From Candidatus Tayloriibacteriota bacterium (lineage in GTDB: Bacteria > Patescibacteriota > Minisyncoccia > Phycocordibacterales > UBA6065), in assembly GCA_016215405.1 (NCBI GenBank), contig JACRJQ010000002.1, positions 59,597 to 123,596 of the forward strand: a DNA stretch of 64,000 bases, given 5' to 3'. Below, piece after piece: positions 18,470 to 28,000 of this stretch. Positions within the stretch are counted from its first letter, which is position 1, and each line of letters begins with the position of its first letter. The translations under genes were made by a program, and so were the position numbers. The notes under the pieces are model-generated. The model made no database searches. It was given only the letters and a program-made list of their open reading frames with translations, and had not been told where the DNA came from.

Positions 18470-19867
18470 CTATTCGGATCTCTCGATGCTTATCCTGTCC
18501 ACCGATTCCGGGAAGGAGCGCGACCAGAACGGCCTTATGGATATGTCGGCCTTCTCTATCATAGGGAAACCCTGGAGAGCCGCCGGGATATCGGAGCGGG
18601 AAAGTCCTGCGAGAGCGGCCTTAAGCGACGCCTCTTCATAGAGCCACTCGAACTTAGCGTCGCCCGATAGGCTGAAAGAGACGGAATCGGACGAGCCGGG
18701 GTCGAACTCTCCTTTGGGCGCGAAGGCCAGGGCTTCCAGCTCTTTTACCATGATCGGCTCTCCCTCGTATCCCTGGACCCTCGCCTGCGCGAGAGCCTTG
18801 CTTATCTCTCCTTTATCGAAGAGCGCGAACGAGAGTGTGCCTTCCTTTTTGATGAGCACCTCGTTTCCTGAAGCCTCCTCGGGAAGCGTGACGAACGATA
18901 TCGAATAGGCCTTATCGAAGAAGATCTTGTCGGCAGGGACCTCGGAAGCGGCCTTCTTGAGGAGATTCGCCGATACCTCTGCCTCGATGACGCTCTCAGC
19001 CTTCTTGCGGTCCGCCTCGGAGACGATCTTCCGAGTCCCTACGAACCCGCCCGCGAGAGGGGTCTTCGACCTCGCGTAGAAAGAGGAATAGCGCGGATCG
19101 CCTTTGAATCCAGGGATAGTGAAATCCTTGAGCCCGACGTTGTATTTCTCTCCCGCCTCGTCTGCGACGACGGTCGCCTCGACGCTTCCCGGAGTCGTGC
19201 CTTTCTTTCCTGGGACCGTGACTGAATCAGAGATCCTAAAGATGAGCCCTTCGGTCGTCTCGAAGCGGGTGTTCTTTATGAGGCGCTGCGCCGAGGCGTT
19301 GTAGTCGTTATAGATGATGATGGTTCCGGTAGCTTTCTTGCTGACAGCCTCCTCTCCCGTCGCCTTTACGGGAAGCGAGCCTATCTCCTTGAGAGATACG
19401 GATTCGTATGCGAGGCCCGCACCCGATTTTCGCGCGGTAAGGTCGCCAGAGACGCTCGCGGACACGACTCGCGGCGTAAGGGATAGGACGGCGCTGTGGA
19501 AGAGGTTCGAAACGAAGACCGCGAGGATTAGGACCGCCAAGACGCCGAGGGCGATAAGGCCAGCCTTTATCTGTTTCTTTCGCTTGCTCCGCGACGTTCG
19601 GGAGACCTCGAATTCCTCCCTCACGCTTTTGAGGGTCTCGACGCGGGGATCCGCCTCTTCGACGGGCTCAGGCTCCCTTCTGGCCCGGCTGAGGTCCGGG
19701 AGCGGCGAAGATATCCTGACAGGCACGTCGATCTTCTCCTCGGGCTCCTCCTTTACGACGAGATGCTCCTTCTTCGGGAGCGTTCGCTGCCTGCTCTCGG
19801 GCACGGGGACCTTCCTTATGGAGCGGGATCCCTTGGGCACAATGTCTTGCATCGGGTTTCGTGGCAT
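18470..19867 (-). CDS. Single-pass membrane protein with a large extracytoplasmic domain (resembles CPR proteins often annotated baseplate-J-like)
   Basis: Basic/Pro-rich N-region, one TM, then KATGTIIIYN...A...GEKYN; adjacent to the FtsA-like gene. Confidence 0.7.
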   Translation of the reverse strand: MPRNPMQDIVPKGSRSIRKVPVPESRQRTLPKKEHLVVKEEPEEKIDVPVRISSPLPDLSRARREPEPVEEADPRVETLKSVREEFEVSRTSRSKRKKQIKAGLIALGVLAVLILAVFVSNLFHSAVLSLTPRVVSASVSGDLTARKSGAGLAYESVSLKEIGSLPVKATGEEAVSKKATGTIIIYNDYNASAQRLIKNTRFETTEGLIFRISDSVTVPGKKGTTPGSVEATVVADEAGEKYNVGLKDFTIPGFKGDPRYSSFYARSKTPLAGGFVGTRKIVSEADRKKAESVIEAEVSANLLKKAASEVPADKIFFDKAYSISFVTLPEEASGNEVLIKKEGTLSFALFDKGEISKALAQARVQGYEGEPIMVKELEALAFAPKGEFDPGSSDSVSFSLSGDAKFEWLYEEASLKAALAGLSRSDIPAALQGFPMIEKADISIRPFWSRSFPESVDRISIERSE

Positions 19868-19917
19868 ATGTTTCTAAGATTATAGCGCGCAGAGGCGGAG
19901 TAAACAAATTCGCTCCC

Positions 19918-21120
19918 TTATTCCGACGAATAGAGCTTGCCGGCGAAAGCGGATAGGAGCGCGAGGAAGGGATCCTTATCCGAATGCTTGCCGAAAGCGA
20001 CGACCGGTTTGAGCTTGTCGTGATTAAGGAGCGTAACGGAGAGCGGGACATCGATGACTCCGAACTCGGCGACCTTCTCGTCTTTAAGGGCCTTCATGAA
20101 GAACGGAACGAAATCGTTATATATGACGGCGAAGAGCTTCGTGGGCACGGAAGTCCGAGTCGATACGCCCTGCAAGACGTAATGGAACGCGTCCATCCAT
20201 TCTTTACGCGCCTCTGCCATGATAGGAGCGAGCCTTTCGAGGACGTCCGGCGTGGCTTGATTCTCTTCCGCAAGGCGGATAAGCGACGCCGCCTCTTCAG
20301 GGCTCGCCCCGAGGGCCTTCGAGACCTTCCTCACCACGAAATGCCTTCCGAAAGGAAAGCTCGCCGTCTCGAGCATGAGGCCGTCTTTGACGACGGAGAT
20401 CTCCGAGAGCTCGCCTCCGATATCGAGGAATATGAAATCTTTCTCGCCCTTAAACGCGGAACGGACGGTCGAGAACGCGGCGAGCGGCAGAGAGAACGAC
20501 TGGACCGATTTAGGATGGTACGCCATGTAGGCAGCCTCAGAGACCTTCTCCACGACCGCCTTCGGCACGAAGCTCATAAAGATCGAGATCTCTGCCTTTT
20601 CCGCGCGCTTCCCATACGGCTCGGCGATCTCGTAGCCGTTGAGCTTTATCTGCACGACCCTCTCTTCGATGGTGTCGAGCGCGTTCGCGAGCCCGGGCGA
20701 GCCCTCGGCCATCTCGCGCTCGAATATCTTCTCTTGTTCGCGAAGGACCCTCTCCGCCATCTCTTTGGTGAAGACGAACCCTTCCTTCTTCTCGATGGTC
20801 GCGATCTTCGTCTGCGTGACAGACCACGGCGAAGCGAAAGCGCAAAAGACCCTTTTGACAGAAAGGCTGCCGAACTCGGTGAATTTGAGATGAGCGAGGC
20901 CTTCCTTGGCGAGCCTTAGGTTCGTCCTTTTTACGGCCTCGACCATGTCGGCGAGGAATCTCTGGGCATCGAGCTCGTCGCGGTAAGGCAGAGGCTCTCT
21001 GAGAGCGAAGACGACATGAGGGATCTCTCCCCGCTTGAGCCTCACGAGGCCGGCGCCCACGGACGAGGAGCCGATATGGAATACCACGCCGAGCTCTGAT
21101 TTAGGCGAGAAAAGAGACAT
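19918..21120 (-). CDS. FtsA/PilM-like actin-fold protein, degenerate
   Basis: VFHIGSSSV phosphate-1-like and FLDIGGELSEI phosphate-2 motifs; FPFG. Confidence 0.7.
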   Translation of the reverse strand: MSLFSPKSELGVVFHIGSSSVGAGLVRLKRGEIPHVVFALREPLPYRDELDAQRFLADMVEAVKRTNLRLAKEGLAHLKFTEFGSLSVKRVFCAFASPWSVTQTKIATIEKKEGFVFTKEMAERVLREQEKIFEREMAEGSPGLANALDTIEERVVQIKLNGYEIAEPYGKRAEKAEISIFMSFVPKAVVEKVSEAAYMAYHPKSVQSFSLPLAAFSTVRSAFKGEKDFIFLDIGGELSEISVVKDGLMLETASFPFGRHFVVRKVSKALGASPEEAASLIRLAEENQATPDVLERLAPIMAEARKEWMDAFHYVLQGVSTRTSVPTKLFAVIYNDFVPFFMKALKDEKVAEFGVIDVPLSVTLLNHDKLKPVVAFGKHSDKDPFLALLSAFAGKLYSSE

Positions 21121-21164
21121 GCGCATATTGTAGCGCACTAATCGAGAGAGAAATTCACAGCGAG

Positions 21165-23015
21165 CTACGAGAGCACCGCCTTTATGCGCCTCACTCCCGC
21201 AGAGACGGCCTCTTCCTTTTGGATCTTGAAGCTTCCGAGAGCGCTGGTGTTCTCCACGTGCGGGCCGCCGCAGAACTCCTTCGAATAGGCGGAGTCGATA
21301 GAGTCGCCGATGTAATAGACGGAAACGACGTCGCCGTACTTATCGCCAAAGAAGTGGTAGGCGCCGGTCTTTAGGGCCTCGTCTTTCGGGAGCTCTACGC
21401 GATGGACCGGGAGGGCGGCTTTGATCTTGGCGTTCACTATGTCCTCTACCCTCTTTTTCTCTTCATCGGTCATCTTTGCGCCGTGGGTGAAGTCGAAGCG
21501 AAGCCTCTCGGGCGTTATATTCGATCCTTTCTGCGATACATGGTCTCCGAGGACTTCATGGAGCGCCTTGTGGAGGAGGTGGGTGGCGGTGTGGTATTTG
21601 AGCGACATCTCCGATGTGTCGCCGAGTCCGCCTTTGAACTTCGCCTCCGCGCCGGCGCGCGAGAGGTCCTGGTGCTTTTTGAATTCTTCGTCAAATTGAG
21701 TTTTCAATTCGCCAATTTTTTCACTTGAGAGAACAAAAGGTGTCTGCACCCTTTCACTTTGAATAATTTCAATCGCTAATTCAAATGGAAACCCATATGT
21801 TGTAAATAGATCTAGGAAAAAACGCCCGTCTAATTTAATCTTCTTTTCGGGTCCTGCGTCTCCGAAAGATGTAAGACTAGGGAAAGTCTTTTTGAGTTCC
21901 TTGAGCCCTTGATCTAAGGTTGCCTTAAACCTCACTTCTTCTTTTCGAAGAACAGTCTTTACTGTTTCTCCATTAAGATTCGGATAATGCGTTTGATAAG
22001 CGTTAACGTACTTCTCCACAATTTCAAGCCCAATATCAGCAGGAAGCATTAAATGTCCCATCTTAAATACAGCTCTTCGGAGAATTCGCCTCAAGACGTA
22101 ACCTTGATCTTTATTTGAGGGAACAACTCCATCTGATATAAGAAAGGTAGCGGTTCTAAGATGATCTGCAACTATTCGAGCTGACCTTTCATCATAATTC
22201 TTTGAATTCTTCCTAATTAAATCAATTATAGGAAGAAATACATCCGTTTCAAAAACATTCGTCTTTTTTTGTAAGACTGTGGCGAGACGTTCAAGGCCTG
22301 CGCCGGTATCGACGTTCCTCTTGGCGAGCTTCGACACGATCTTGCCGTCTTTTTTCTCGAATTCCATGAAGACGTCGTTCCAGATCTCGATGACCCTGCC
22401 CTCATCGTCCGCCTTATCGTATTCGGCCGGAGTCATATCGCCGAGACCGCTTTTGGTGATGTCATAGAACATCTCCGAGCACGGCCCGGTCGGACCTGTC
22501 CACGCGTCCTTACCCTTTACTGCCGGCCACCAGTTAGCGGAAGCATCTTTAAAATAGATTCTATTTTCGGGCACTCCTGCCGACACCCAGGCTTTTTTCG
22601 CCTCTTCGTCTCGAGGCGCATTCTCGTCGCCGGCGAACACAGTGACGTAGAGCCTTTTCGGGTCGAGCCCGAATCCTTCAGTCTTCGACGTCAAAAGCTC
22701 GTAGCTCCATTTGATCGCCTCCTCTTTGAAGTAGCTGCCGAGCGACCAGTTGCCGAGCATCTCGAAGAACGTCAGGTGCCGGTTGTCTCCGATATCGTCG
22801 ATGTCGCCGGTTCGGACGCATTTTTGGACGTCGGCGAGCCTGTCGCCCTGAGGATGCGGACGGCCCATGAGGTACGGGACCAAGGGCTGCATGCCCGCCG
22901 TGTTAAAGAGAACCGTTGGATCGTTCTCGGGCACGAGAGGAGCCGAAGGGATGATGGCGTGTCCCCTCTTTTCGAAAAATGCGAGGAACCTCCTGCGTAC
23001 TTCTGCGGATGTCAT
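21165..23015 (-). CDS. alaS: Alanine--tRNA ligase, short form
   Basis: FNTAGMQ, TFFEMLGN, VDTGAGLER, editing HTATH and EFCGGPH; ends at GVRRIKA. Confidence 0.97.
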   Translation of the reverse strand: MTSAEVRRRFLAFFEKRGHAIIPSAPLVPENDPTVLFNTAGMQPLVPYLMGRPHPQGDRLADVQKCVRTGDIDDIGDNRHLTFFEMLGNWSLGSYFKEEAIKWSYELLTSKTEGFGLDPKRLYVTVFAGDENAPRDEEAKKAWVSAGVPENRIYFKDASANWWPAVKGKDAWTGPTGPCSEMFYDITKSGLGDMTPAEYDKADDEGRVIEIWNDVFMEFEKKDGKIVSKLAKRNVDTGAGLERLATVLQKKTNVFETDVFLPIIDLIRKNSKNYDERSARIVADHLRTATFLISDGVVPSNKDQGYVLRRILRRAVFKMGHLMLPADIGLEIVEKYVNAYQTHYPNLNGETVKTVLRKEEVRFKATLDQGLKELKKTFPSLTSFGDAGPEKKIKLDGRFFLDLFTTYGFPFELAIEIIQSERVQTPFVLSSEKIGELKTQFDEEFKKHQDLSRAGAEAKFKGGLGDTSEMSLKYHTATHLLHKALHEVLGDHVSQKGSNITPERLRFDFTHGAKMTDEEKKRVEDIVNAKIKAALPVHRVELPKDEALKTGAYHFFGDKYGDVVSVYYIGDSIDSAYSKEFCGGPHVENTSALGSFKIQKEEAVSAGVRRIKAVLS

Positions 23016-23026
23016 AGATGCTTAAT

Positions 23027-24784
23027 CTACCTGTTTTTCGTCAGCTTTTCCAGCCTCTCTATATCCTTCTCTATAGACCGCAGCCCTTTCTTCCAGAAAT
23101 CCGGCTTCGTGACGTCTATGCCGATGGATTTGAATATATTCTCCGGCGAATCCGTCCCCCCCGCGGAAAGGAATCGGTTTATCTTGCCGAGGAAGCCCTT
23201 GTCCTTCTTGTACTCGGCGTAGAGCGCCTTCGATATGAGCTGTCCGAACGCGTAGGAGTAGACATAGAAGAATCGGCGGATATGGCTCCACTGGACGAAG
23301 AAGTTCCCGTCGATGTCCTTCATTCGGACCGCGGGCCCGAGGTATGCGGACATGTGCTCGTTCATGAGGGATCGGATCTCGTCTTTGGATATCTCCCCCT
23401 TCTCTCGTATCGCCCTATGGAGATCGGCCTCGAAGTTGAAGCAGGCGATCTGGCGGAAGATCGTCTGTATGTCGTCGTTTATCCTCTTGTGCAGGGCGAC
23501 GACCTTCTCCTCGTCGGAGAGGGTCTCGAACACCGATTCGAACACGAACGACTCGAAAAGGGTGGACGCGACCTCGGCCGTAGAGGTCGAATAGTGCTGA
23601 TACAGGGGCATAAGGGGCTTCGACATCTCCGTATGTATCGCGTGGCCCATCTCGTGAGCGAAGGTCATAACCTGATCGAACGCCTTCGTGTAGTTGAGGA
23701 GGACATAGGTAGGCATGCCGATATTTCCTGAGCAGTAGGCGCCCCCCGTCTTTCCCACCCTTGGATACACGTCTATCTGGCCCTTCTCGAGATAGCCGTC
23801 GAGGATCGAAAGGTATCGTTCGTCGACCGAGCCGAAGACCCGCCTGAGGGTCGCGACCGCCTCTTCGAAAGGCACTTCTCGCAGGTTCTCTCCGATGCCC
23901 ACCGCCCTGTCGGAATACTCGAGCGACGGAAGCTTGAGGAGCTTCGCTTTGAGCTCGTAGAACCTATGGCTTATGCCGAAACTGTCGGTCACGGCGTCGA
24001 CGAGCGCGAGCACGCTCTTCCTGTCGTTCTGATAGCCGAGTATGGTCTGGTCGTACGGCTCCTTGAACCCCCGCAGCTCGTCCCCTATCTTCTTGTCGCC
24101 TACGATGGCGTTGATCTCGCTCTCCGCGACCTCGCTTATGGATTCGAGCGCTTTCATGCACTTCTCGTGGAGCTCTCGGCGCTCCTTGAGGGGCGAGTCG
24201 TGGACCTTCGAGAGCGCTTCGAAGATCGGGAGCTTCTTGTCTCCGAGATCTATCGTGAGCCTGTTGAGGAGCTTCTCGGTGCCCACGACCCACTGCTCGT
24301 ATGCAGGGATCCTCTTGAGACCCAGGATCTTCTCTTCGGGCTCGGAGAGGTCGTGCTTCGCGCGCTCGAAGACGTTCTTGAGGAAATACCTGAAGGGAGC
24401 GAGCCTCTTGCTCTTGAGGAGCTTCTTTTGCGCTGCGGCGGGGATCTTCGCCAGAGCGAGCTCGAAGAATACGGTCCGGTTATCGTTCTTCTGGAGCCTT
24501 TCGAGTATCTGTGTCCTTTTCGCGCGCGCGACGGAGTCGCTCGCATCGAGGTCCTGGATGAAGCTGAAATACATATACCCTTTTGCCGGCGCAGGGTCGT
24601 TAAAGAGAGACTCATAATCGCGAAGCGCCTCGACGAGCTTCGTCTCGCTTTTGAGATAGCCGCGGTCAGTGCGATATTTCTTTTCGAACGCCGCATAGGC
24701 GCGCTCGACGGCCTTCATGTCTTTCTCGATCTGAGGGTCGTCATGGCTCTTATAGAGCAAACCGAGATTCCAAGTCGTTTTCAT
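23027..24784 (-). CDS. pepF: M3 family oligoendopeptidase F
   Basis: K.GGAYC, HEMGH, AEVAS, FYVYSYAFG. Confidence 0.9.
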   Translation of the reverse strand: MKTTWNLGLLYKSHDDPQIEKDMKAVERAYAAFEKKYRTDRGYLKSETKLVEALRDYESLFNDPAPAKGYMYFSFIQDLDASDSVARAKRTQILERLQKNDNRTVFFELALAKIPAAAQKKLLKSKRLAPFRYFLKNVFERAKHDLSEPEEKILGLKRIPAYEQWVVGTEKLLNRLTIDLGDKKLPIFEALSKVHDSPLKERRELHEKCMKALESISEVAESEINAIVGDKKIGDELRGFKEPYDQTILGYQNDRKSVLALVDAVTDSFGISHRFYELKAKLLKLPSLEYSDRAVGIGENLREVPFEEAVATLRRVFGSVDERYLSILDGYLEKGQIDVYPRVGKTGGAYCSGNIGMPTYVLLNYTKAFDQVMTFAHEMGHAIHTEMSKPLMPLYQHYSTSTAEVASTLFESFVFESVFETLSDEEKVVALHKRINDDIQTIFRQIACFNFEADLHRAIREKGEISKDEIRSLMNEHMSAYLGPAVRMKDIDGNFFVQWSHIRRFFYVYSYAFGQLISKALYAEYKKDKGFLGKINRFLSAGGTDSPENIFKSIGIDVTKPDFWKKGLRSIEKDIERLEKLTKNR

Positions 24785-25381
24785 CTAGATGTATTTCTTT
24801 AATATCTGAAAATCTTCCTTCATCTGCCCTTTCATCCCTCCATTATAGAGGGCGACGGCAGGATGGTAGAGGGCGACCACCGTCACGTCGCCGTAGGGAG
24901 CAGAACCCTTGAATTCCTTCCCGTGTATCTTGGAGACGATCTGAAGCTCAGAGGCGAGCCCATACCTCTCGAATACGTATCTCATCGAATGCCTGCCGAG
25001 GGTAGCGATGACGCGTGGCTTCATGACGGCGATCTGTCGGTCGAGGAACGGCCCATAGAGCTCGATCTCGGCCTGCTCGGGATCCCTATTTCCCGGCGGC
25101 CTGTCTTTGACGAGATTCGTCACGTACACCGACTTGCGATCCATTCCGATAGAAGCGAGGAGCTCGTCGAGGACCCTTCCCGCCCTGCCGCAAAAAGGCT
25201 TGCCCGTCTTCGCCTCTGTCTCTCCCGGAGCCTCTCCTACGAACATGACGCTCGCTTCGTGATCCCCGTCGCCAATCACGGGAACATAGCCGTTCTCGGT
25301 CCTGTAGGCGTATAGGGGCGATAGGGCGAGAGCGGTCACCTCTTCCTTTATTTTCGCAAGCTCTTCGGCATTCGAAACCAT
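24785..25381 (-). CDS. udg: Uracil-DNA glycosylase (family 4)
   Basis: GEAPG, PF.G.AG, TNLVK.RPP.NRDP, YHPA. Confidence 0.93.
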   Translation of the reverse strand: MVSNAEELAKIKEEVTALALSPLYAYRTENGYVPVIGDGDHEASVMFVGEAPGETEAKTGKPFCGRAGRVLDELLASIGMDRKSVYVTNLVKDRPPGNRDPEQAEIELYGPFLDRQIAVMKPRVIATLGRHSMRYVFERYGLASELQIVSKIHGKEFKGSAPYGDVTVVALYHPAVALYNGGMKGQMKEDFQILKKYI

Positions 25382-25403
25382 ACCTGAGAGTATATAGCAA
25401 AAC

Positions 25404-25691
25404 TCACCCGCAAGGGTGAGTCTGGTCGAAGCATTGCTTCCCGCCGTTCATCACGAAATGGTCGAAGGCCTCGTTGTCCGTGGCCGACCTTCCGAGATGA
25501 AGCGAAGCGTAGTAGCGATTTATATCGCCGAGCGCCATTGCGAGCTGCTCGAGAAGCCTGTTGCGGGCGCGGAGATTGCGTATCTCCTGCATGAGCGCTT
25601 CTTCGGTGGCGAGAGGTTTGGGGCTCTCGAAGGGGACGATCTGAGCCGTCCCCGATCCTAAAGGTGGGTCTTGAAGAGCTGTCGAGGTCAT
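25404..25691 (-). CDS. Hypothetical protein
   Basis: Portion of the 156-aa ORF not overlapping the MGMT gene; short coiled coil. Confidence 0.5.
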   Translation of the reverse strand: MTSTALQDPPLGSGTAQIVPFESPKPLATEEALMQEIRNLRARNRLLEQLAMALGDINRYYASLHLGRSATDNEAFDHFVMNGGKQCFDQTHPCG

Positions 25692-25756
25692 GGGGTAAAG
25701 GTGGTTTACCCTATTCTCCTCCTCTGCCTCTTCGCGCGCCAGCGAGTTATGCACAC

Positions 25757-26053
25757 TTACGAGATCGCACCCTCCTTTCGCAAGAGCGCTTCTTTTGCCT
25801 TCGAGCCTTCTTTGCCTCCGCGGACCCCGTTGTATCCGCCGATCTTTCCGTCGGACCTCACCACGCGATGGCACGGTACGGACAGGTCCGAATTATTCGC
25901 CATGATCATGCCAACGGCGCGCGCGCCGCCCAAAGACCCCGCGCGCAGGGCGACCTCCGCATAGGAAAGCGTCTTTCCTTTCGGGATATCCCTCACGACC
26001 TGTAGCACCCGCTCCTTAAAAGAGCTTATCCGTCTTGTGGTTAGGTTCTTCAT
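25757..26053 (-). CDS. Methylated-DNA-protein-cysteine methyltransferase (DNA-binding/C-terminal domain only)
   Basis: IPKG..SY, ARAVG, PCHRVV. Confidence 0.9.
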   Translation of the reverse strand: MKNLTTRRISSFKERVLQVVRDIPKGKTLSYAEVALRAGSLGGARAVGMIMANNSDLSVPCHRVVRSDGKIGGYNGVRGGKEGSKAKEALLRKEGAIS

Positions 26054-26891
26054 CTTTCTTAGTACGCTTCGGTTTAGGCTTCTCTTTCTTTTCAGCTCCT
26101 GTATCCCCCTCTTCGAGATCCTTCACGGACCTCTTCGAGAACTTCGACTCCACCTGTATGGCGAGCTTCCTGAAATTGCAGTAATCGCACGTCGGATCTG
26201 CCTTAGGGAGCTCGTCTTTGTCGAGGCACGCCTTCGCCCTTACGATAGCGGCGTCGACCCATGAGTCGTTTCCCTTGTACGGAATGAGGGTCACCTCGAA
26301 TTCGAGCTTGGCGTCGAAGGCCTTGCGGTCGCGGAGGCCGTTCGCATACACGAAATAGCCGGTGTCGGAGACCGTAAAGCCCTTCCGCCTCAAAAGCCAC
26401 TGATAGACCTCCATCTGCCTCTTGTAGCCGTCTTGCCACTCGGCGTCGAGATTCACCTTCTCGTCTTTCGACGTCGATTTGTAATCCACGACGATAAGCT
26501 CGCCCGCAGGATTGACCCAGACGTCGTCCACGGCGCCGCTGATGAGAAGACCGGTCTCCTTGTGGACGCACTGTATGCCTTCGAAGTTCTCGCGCCAGGT
26601 GTTCATCTCGGAATGAGCGAACGGGATCGCGTCTACTCCGTAGGTCTGCATAAGTGGATGGGCGGTCTTGGCCGCGCGATGCGCGTCGAACTCCTTCTTG
26701 AGGAGGTGGTCGACGGCTGAGTTGAGGTTGAAAGGAAACCCGCGAGGCCGCGCCACGCCGAGCTTGTTATCGAGGTAGAAGCACCTCTCGCATTCCATAA
26801 AGAGATCGAGCTTCGATCGGGAGAGCTTCCATTTCTTTCCAGGATAGTTCCAATCGGCAGAACGGATCGGTTTCGGCATGAAGTTGTTCAT
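26016..26891 (-). CDS. PD-(D/E)XK nuclease (AddB/Cas4-like, with Cys ligands)
   Basis: LSRSK...CERC, GAVDD, VVDYKS, QMEVY, CDYC. Confidence 0.85.
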   Translation of the reverse strand: MNNFMPKPIRSADWNYPGKKWKLSRSKLDLFMECERCFYLDNKLGVARPRGFPFNLNSAVDHLLKKEFDAHRAAKTAHPLMQTYGVDAIPFAHSEMNTWRENFEGIQCVHKETGLLISGAVDDVWVNPAGELIVVDYKSTSKDEKVNLDAEWQDGYKRQMEVYQWLLRRKGFTVSDTGYFVYANGLRDRKAFDAKLEFEVTLIPYKGNDSWVDAAIVRAKACLDKDELPKADPTCDYCNFRKLAIQVESKFSKRSVKDLEEGDTGAEKKEKPKPKRTKKDEEPNHKTDKLF

Positions 26892-26905
26892 AGCTCTGGT
26901 TTCGC

Positions 26906-27739
26906 TTAGGCGCAAAGGTGGTCGATCTCGGCTAATACCTGTTTTATCTTGTTCGAAGGGATGCCGTAGCTTTCGAGTGAGTCTCTCCTATTGGCGACCT
27001 GCTTGCAGAGGACGAGCCCTGCGTCGAGAAGCGTCCTCTTCTCTGTATGGGTGAGGGTCGTAAGCGAGGTGAGCGGATGGAGGCCGGTATCGGAGACGAG
27101 GTCCTCGAGGCTTCCCTTTCGGGGATAGTTCCAGCCAACAAGCGAGAGCCCCTGGCACGAGGCGTAGCGGATGGCCGTATCGGTGAATTTGGTGTTGGTG
27201 AAGAGCTGGAAGAGCGTGATCTTGCGCTTCTTTCCGCCGTATTCGAACGTCTGCGTCTTGAGGTCGTCGTAGCGCGCCTTCACATAGAGAGCGACCTTGA
27301 GGTCGGATTTGAGGCCCGGCTCGTTATGGAACTTGGCTTCGACCATGACGAGCTCGGAGCCTTTCCACGCGACCACGTCGACCTCGTGCTCGACGCATCC
27401 GCCCTGCACTATCTGGCCGGTGAGCGCCTCGTAGCCGTGAGCCTTGAATATCTCCGCTATGAATTTCTCGAACGGAAAGCCGTTAGGACCCAAGTCCGCG
27501 ATAGCGCGCTTCATTGAATAGCGCGCGGCGACCGGCTGGGCCGAGTGCCTGAGAAAGGAGAAGGCGTGGCGATATATCTCCGTCGTCGTCATGCCGGATA
27601 CAAGTTCCCTCTCTATGTGACGCAGTATGTCTTCGGCCTGCTCTTTCGCGGCTCCGGCCTTTCTCAGCGAATTGACGAGCTTTTGGGGATCGAACGCTTC
27701 CTGCTCTCCGGTCGATTTGGTGACGAAAATAGGCGACAT
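26906..27739 (-). CDS. ATP-cone domain fused to an Mrr-like restriction endonuclease domain
   Basis: N-terminal VTKSTGEQEAFDPQKL (ATP cone); GFPFEKF, HEVDVVA, VEAK; start at MSPIF. Confidence 0.8.
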   Translation of the reverse strand: MSPIFVTKSTGEQEAFDPQKLVNSLRKAGAAKEQAEDILRHIERELVSGMTTTEIYRHAFSFLRHSAQPVAARYSMKRAIADLGPNGFPFEKFIAEIFKAHGYEALTGQIVQGGCVEHEVDVVAWKGSELVMVEAKFHNEPGLKSDLKVALYVKARYDDLKTQTFEYGGKKRKITLFQLFTNTKFTDTAIRYASCQGLSLVGWNYPRKGSLEDLVSDTGLHPLTSLTTLTHTEKRTLLDAGLVLCKQVANRRDSLESYGIPSNKIKQVLAEIDHLCA

Positions 27740-27813
27740 GCGGATAGTATAGCAAAGAAAAGCGGCGGTCCGAATCAGGACCGCCGCCCGCGTTTTTTTT
27801 AGGTCTCGGATCC

Positions 27814-27993
27814 TTATCGCGAGATCGGCGCCGAGGCCATCTTCACGAATGTCGCAGCGGTCGCTCCCAAAGCGACGAGAAGCGAGACGCCCGCAGAGAC
27901 GGCGTCGCCGAGCCCGACCGCGCGATAGAGCGTCGCGCACGTAAGCATGTAGCTTACGACGAAGACGAGGAGCAGCACCACATAGGGTTTCAC
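27814..27993 (-). CDS. Small two-TM membrane protein (59 aa, below the ORF-track cutoff)
   Basis: GTG start preceded by TATAAT; MKPYVVLLLVFVVSYMLTCATLYRAVGLGDAVSAGVSLLVALGATAATFVKMASAPISR; hairpin downstream. Confidence 0.55.
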   Translation of the reverse strand: MKPYVVLLLVFVVSYMLTCATLYRAVGLGDAVSAGVSLLVALGATAATFVKMASAPISR

Positions 27994-28000
27994 CTCTAAA

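Noticed and set aside
18470-19867. Prophage suggested by the baseplate-J-like protein
   Set aside because: No capsid, terminase, tail or integrase genes nearby; it sits among core genes
26016-26891. Cas4 or CRISPR system
   Set aside because: No repeat-spacer array or other cas genes seen anywhere in the window
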